Below, piece after piece: positions 62,178 through 64,000 of a DNA stretch of 64,000 bases (the stretch's first letter is position 1; the number at the start of each line of letters is the position of its first letter). Source of the DNA: Hemiscyllium ocellatum. Its lineage: Eukaryota. Where the stretch lies: the NCBI RefSeq assembly GCF_020745735.1, contig NC_083430.1, positions 25,224,909 to 25,288,908 of the forward strand, given 5' to 3'. Under the pieces are notes generated by a model. It was not told the origin of the DNA and made no database searches. It saw only the letters and a program-made list of their open reading frames with translations. The translations under genes were made by a program, and so were the position numbers.

Positions 62178-62953
62178 TCCCAGGAGTAGATCAAGTTTTG
62201 CACTTTCTCTAGTCGATACATTCACAAACTGAATCAGAAAATTTTCCTGCACACACTTAACAAATTTCTATCCATCTAAACCCTTCACACTATGGCAGTC
62301 CCAGTCTATGTTTGGAAAGCTAAAACTCCCTACCATTACAATCCTATTATTCTTAAAGATAACTGAGATGTCCTTACAAATTTGATTGTCAATTTCCTAC
62401 TGACTATTGGTGAGTCTATAGTACAATCCAAATAAGGTAATTATCCCTTTCTTATTTCTCAGTTCCACCGAAATAACTTCCCAGGAAAGCCTCCCTAAGT
62501 ATAGCAGTAATGCTATTCCTTATCAAAAATGCCACTCCCCCTCCTCTCTTACCCACATTTCTGTCCTTCCTAAAGCATTTGTATCCTGGAACAGTCCTAT
62601 CCATCCCTGAGCCATGTCTCCATAATTTTTATGATATTCCAGTCCCATGTTCCTCACCATGCCCTGAGTTCACCTGCCTTCCCTGTAGACCTCTTGAAAT
62701 AAATGCAGTTTAATTTACCTTGTTCTCTGCTTTGTTCCTGCCTGCCCTGACAATTTGAGCAGATAGATCCATTGTAAACTGTCAGATAGAACTTGTAATA
62801 TAACTACATCATTAAGACTGGCAACTATAACTCATGTTTTGATCTTCTAGTGTTTAGTTGACCAGACCTGTGTGTAGAGTGTACTAGAACCCTATAAGAG
62901 TAAAGTAAGAACATAGTGTAACGGCAGTGAAAGTGTCACTGAACACTTTTTTT

Positions 62954-63101
62954 ATTCTGGATCAGTGGTGCTGGAAGAGCACAGCAGTTCAGGCAGCATC
63001 CAACGAGCTGCTCGTTGGATGCTGCCTGAACTGCTGTGCTCTTCCAGCACCACTGATCCAGAATCTGGTTTCCAGCATCTGCAGTCATTGTTTTTAACCA
63101 C
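62954..63101 (+). mobile_element. Perfect 55-bp hairpin family-B PLE insertion lacking the ribozyme
   Basis: Arms 62954-63008 and 63010-63064 with a 1-nt loop; 37-nt tail; TSD CTTTTTTTATTC at 62946 and 63102. Confidence 0.85.
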
Positions 63102-64000
63102 CTTTTTTTATTCAGTCATTCAGGTCCTGTTTCTGAAAACCAAACAAAACATTTTATAATTTTGTTCCTTCTAAGTAGACATCATACTGCCTACAGAATC
63201 TGGAACCAGAATCAATTACCTTTCAAATGCTTTCACTCAGTCTTTCAGGCCTTGTGTAATCTATAAGTTATTGATTTCAAGCATGACGCCAAAATTTCTT
63301 ATGGTGAGCTCAGCCTTTGGCTCCATAGTTTGCAGTGGTCTTTGTTTCTTGTATCTTATTTTCTCCGAGAGATTTCTCCAAATCTCTCTTCAACCTTTAC
63401 CATTATTTTTAAAATTGACAGTGAACATTCATTTGTTCCTCCTAAAGAACCTGCTAAAGTATTGGTGTCCAATCAATGCTGTGACAAGAACAATTTGAAA
63501 ACTCAAAAACATAGGGTGGAGTCTTATCATTTCCCTGGCTGTCGGTTGCATCAAGATTTTTGGTGGGTTTCTCACCACAAAACCTAGTGGGATATTTCAT
63601 CATATCTTACCATTAATGACTTACCCTGTCCCTATGACACTCTCTACCCTGGTTCTAACCTCATCTTACCCCCAAAGATTCCTGAAACAACTCACCATAC
63701 AGCAGACATCCATTAACCTCTGGCATCCACACCATCTTTAAAAGGCAGTTGTGTACTTGGACAAGTGTTGCGCCTCAACAGCAATGTAATGGCCCAGAGG
63801 TCACAACCCCACATTATCCTTCACTCGTAGCCAGTATTGCTGATACTCTGTCACCCCTACACTGCTATGCTCTCATCCTGTTTGTTGTTTAACCAACAGG
63901 TCATACAGCTTACCTTTCCTTAGCTACATCCCATCTAAGCACCCTCACTAAGTCCCTGCCACTCTGTTCCCAATAGCCGTTAGAGATCCACTGCTTGTCA

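Larger units (their letters stand above)
58617..62760 (-). mobile_element. CR1 LINE with internal deletions and four nested PLE insertions, in HEY intron 3
   Basis: RT C-terminus, KSSGPDQVYPR and EYFASVF motifs, endonuclease-region remnants. Confidence 0.88.

Overview
Repeat-rich vertebrate DNA, almost certainly from a cartilaginous fish (HE1/V-SINEs, Deu-domain SINEs, CR1/HER1-like LINEs). The only clearly intact gene is the 5' part of a HEY-family bHLH gene, most likely HEYL: three coding exons at 56543-57406 (+), with the rest beyond the window. Head-to-head with it on the minus strand (about 55850 to 23840) is a decayed multi-exon gene. Its N-terminal, middle and C-terminal pieces resemble my recollection of the meiotic RAD51 partner RAD51AP2, and its giant low-complexity exon contains a Ty3/Gypsy Gag (capsid plus CCHC knuckle) with no visible LTR or pol. 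The window also holds about 16 Penelope-like element (PLE) insertions from four sequence families. Most carry a minimal type I hammerhead ribozyme, and many are palindromic (inverted arm, 35-42 nt unpaired tail, 10-14 bp target-site duplication). Other content: a decayed Gypsy provirus whose two LTRs differ by a hairpin-bounded micro-inversion, a TA-flanked MITE, and Rex1, L2 and CR1 fragments. All homology calls are by eye and from recall; no searches were run.
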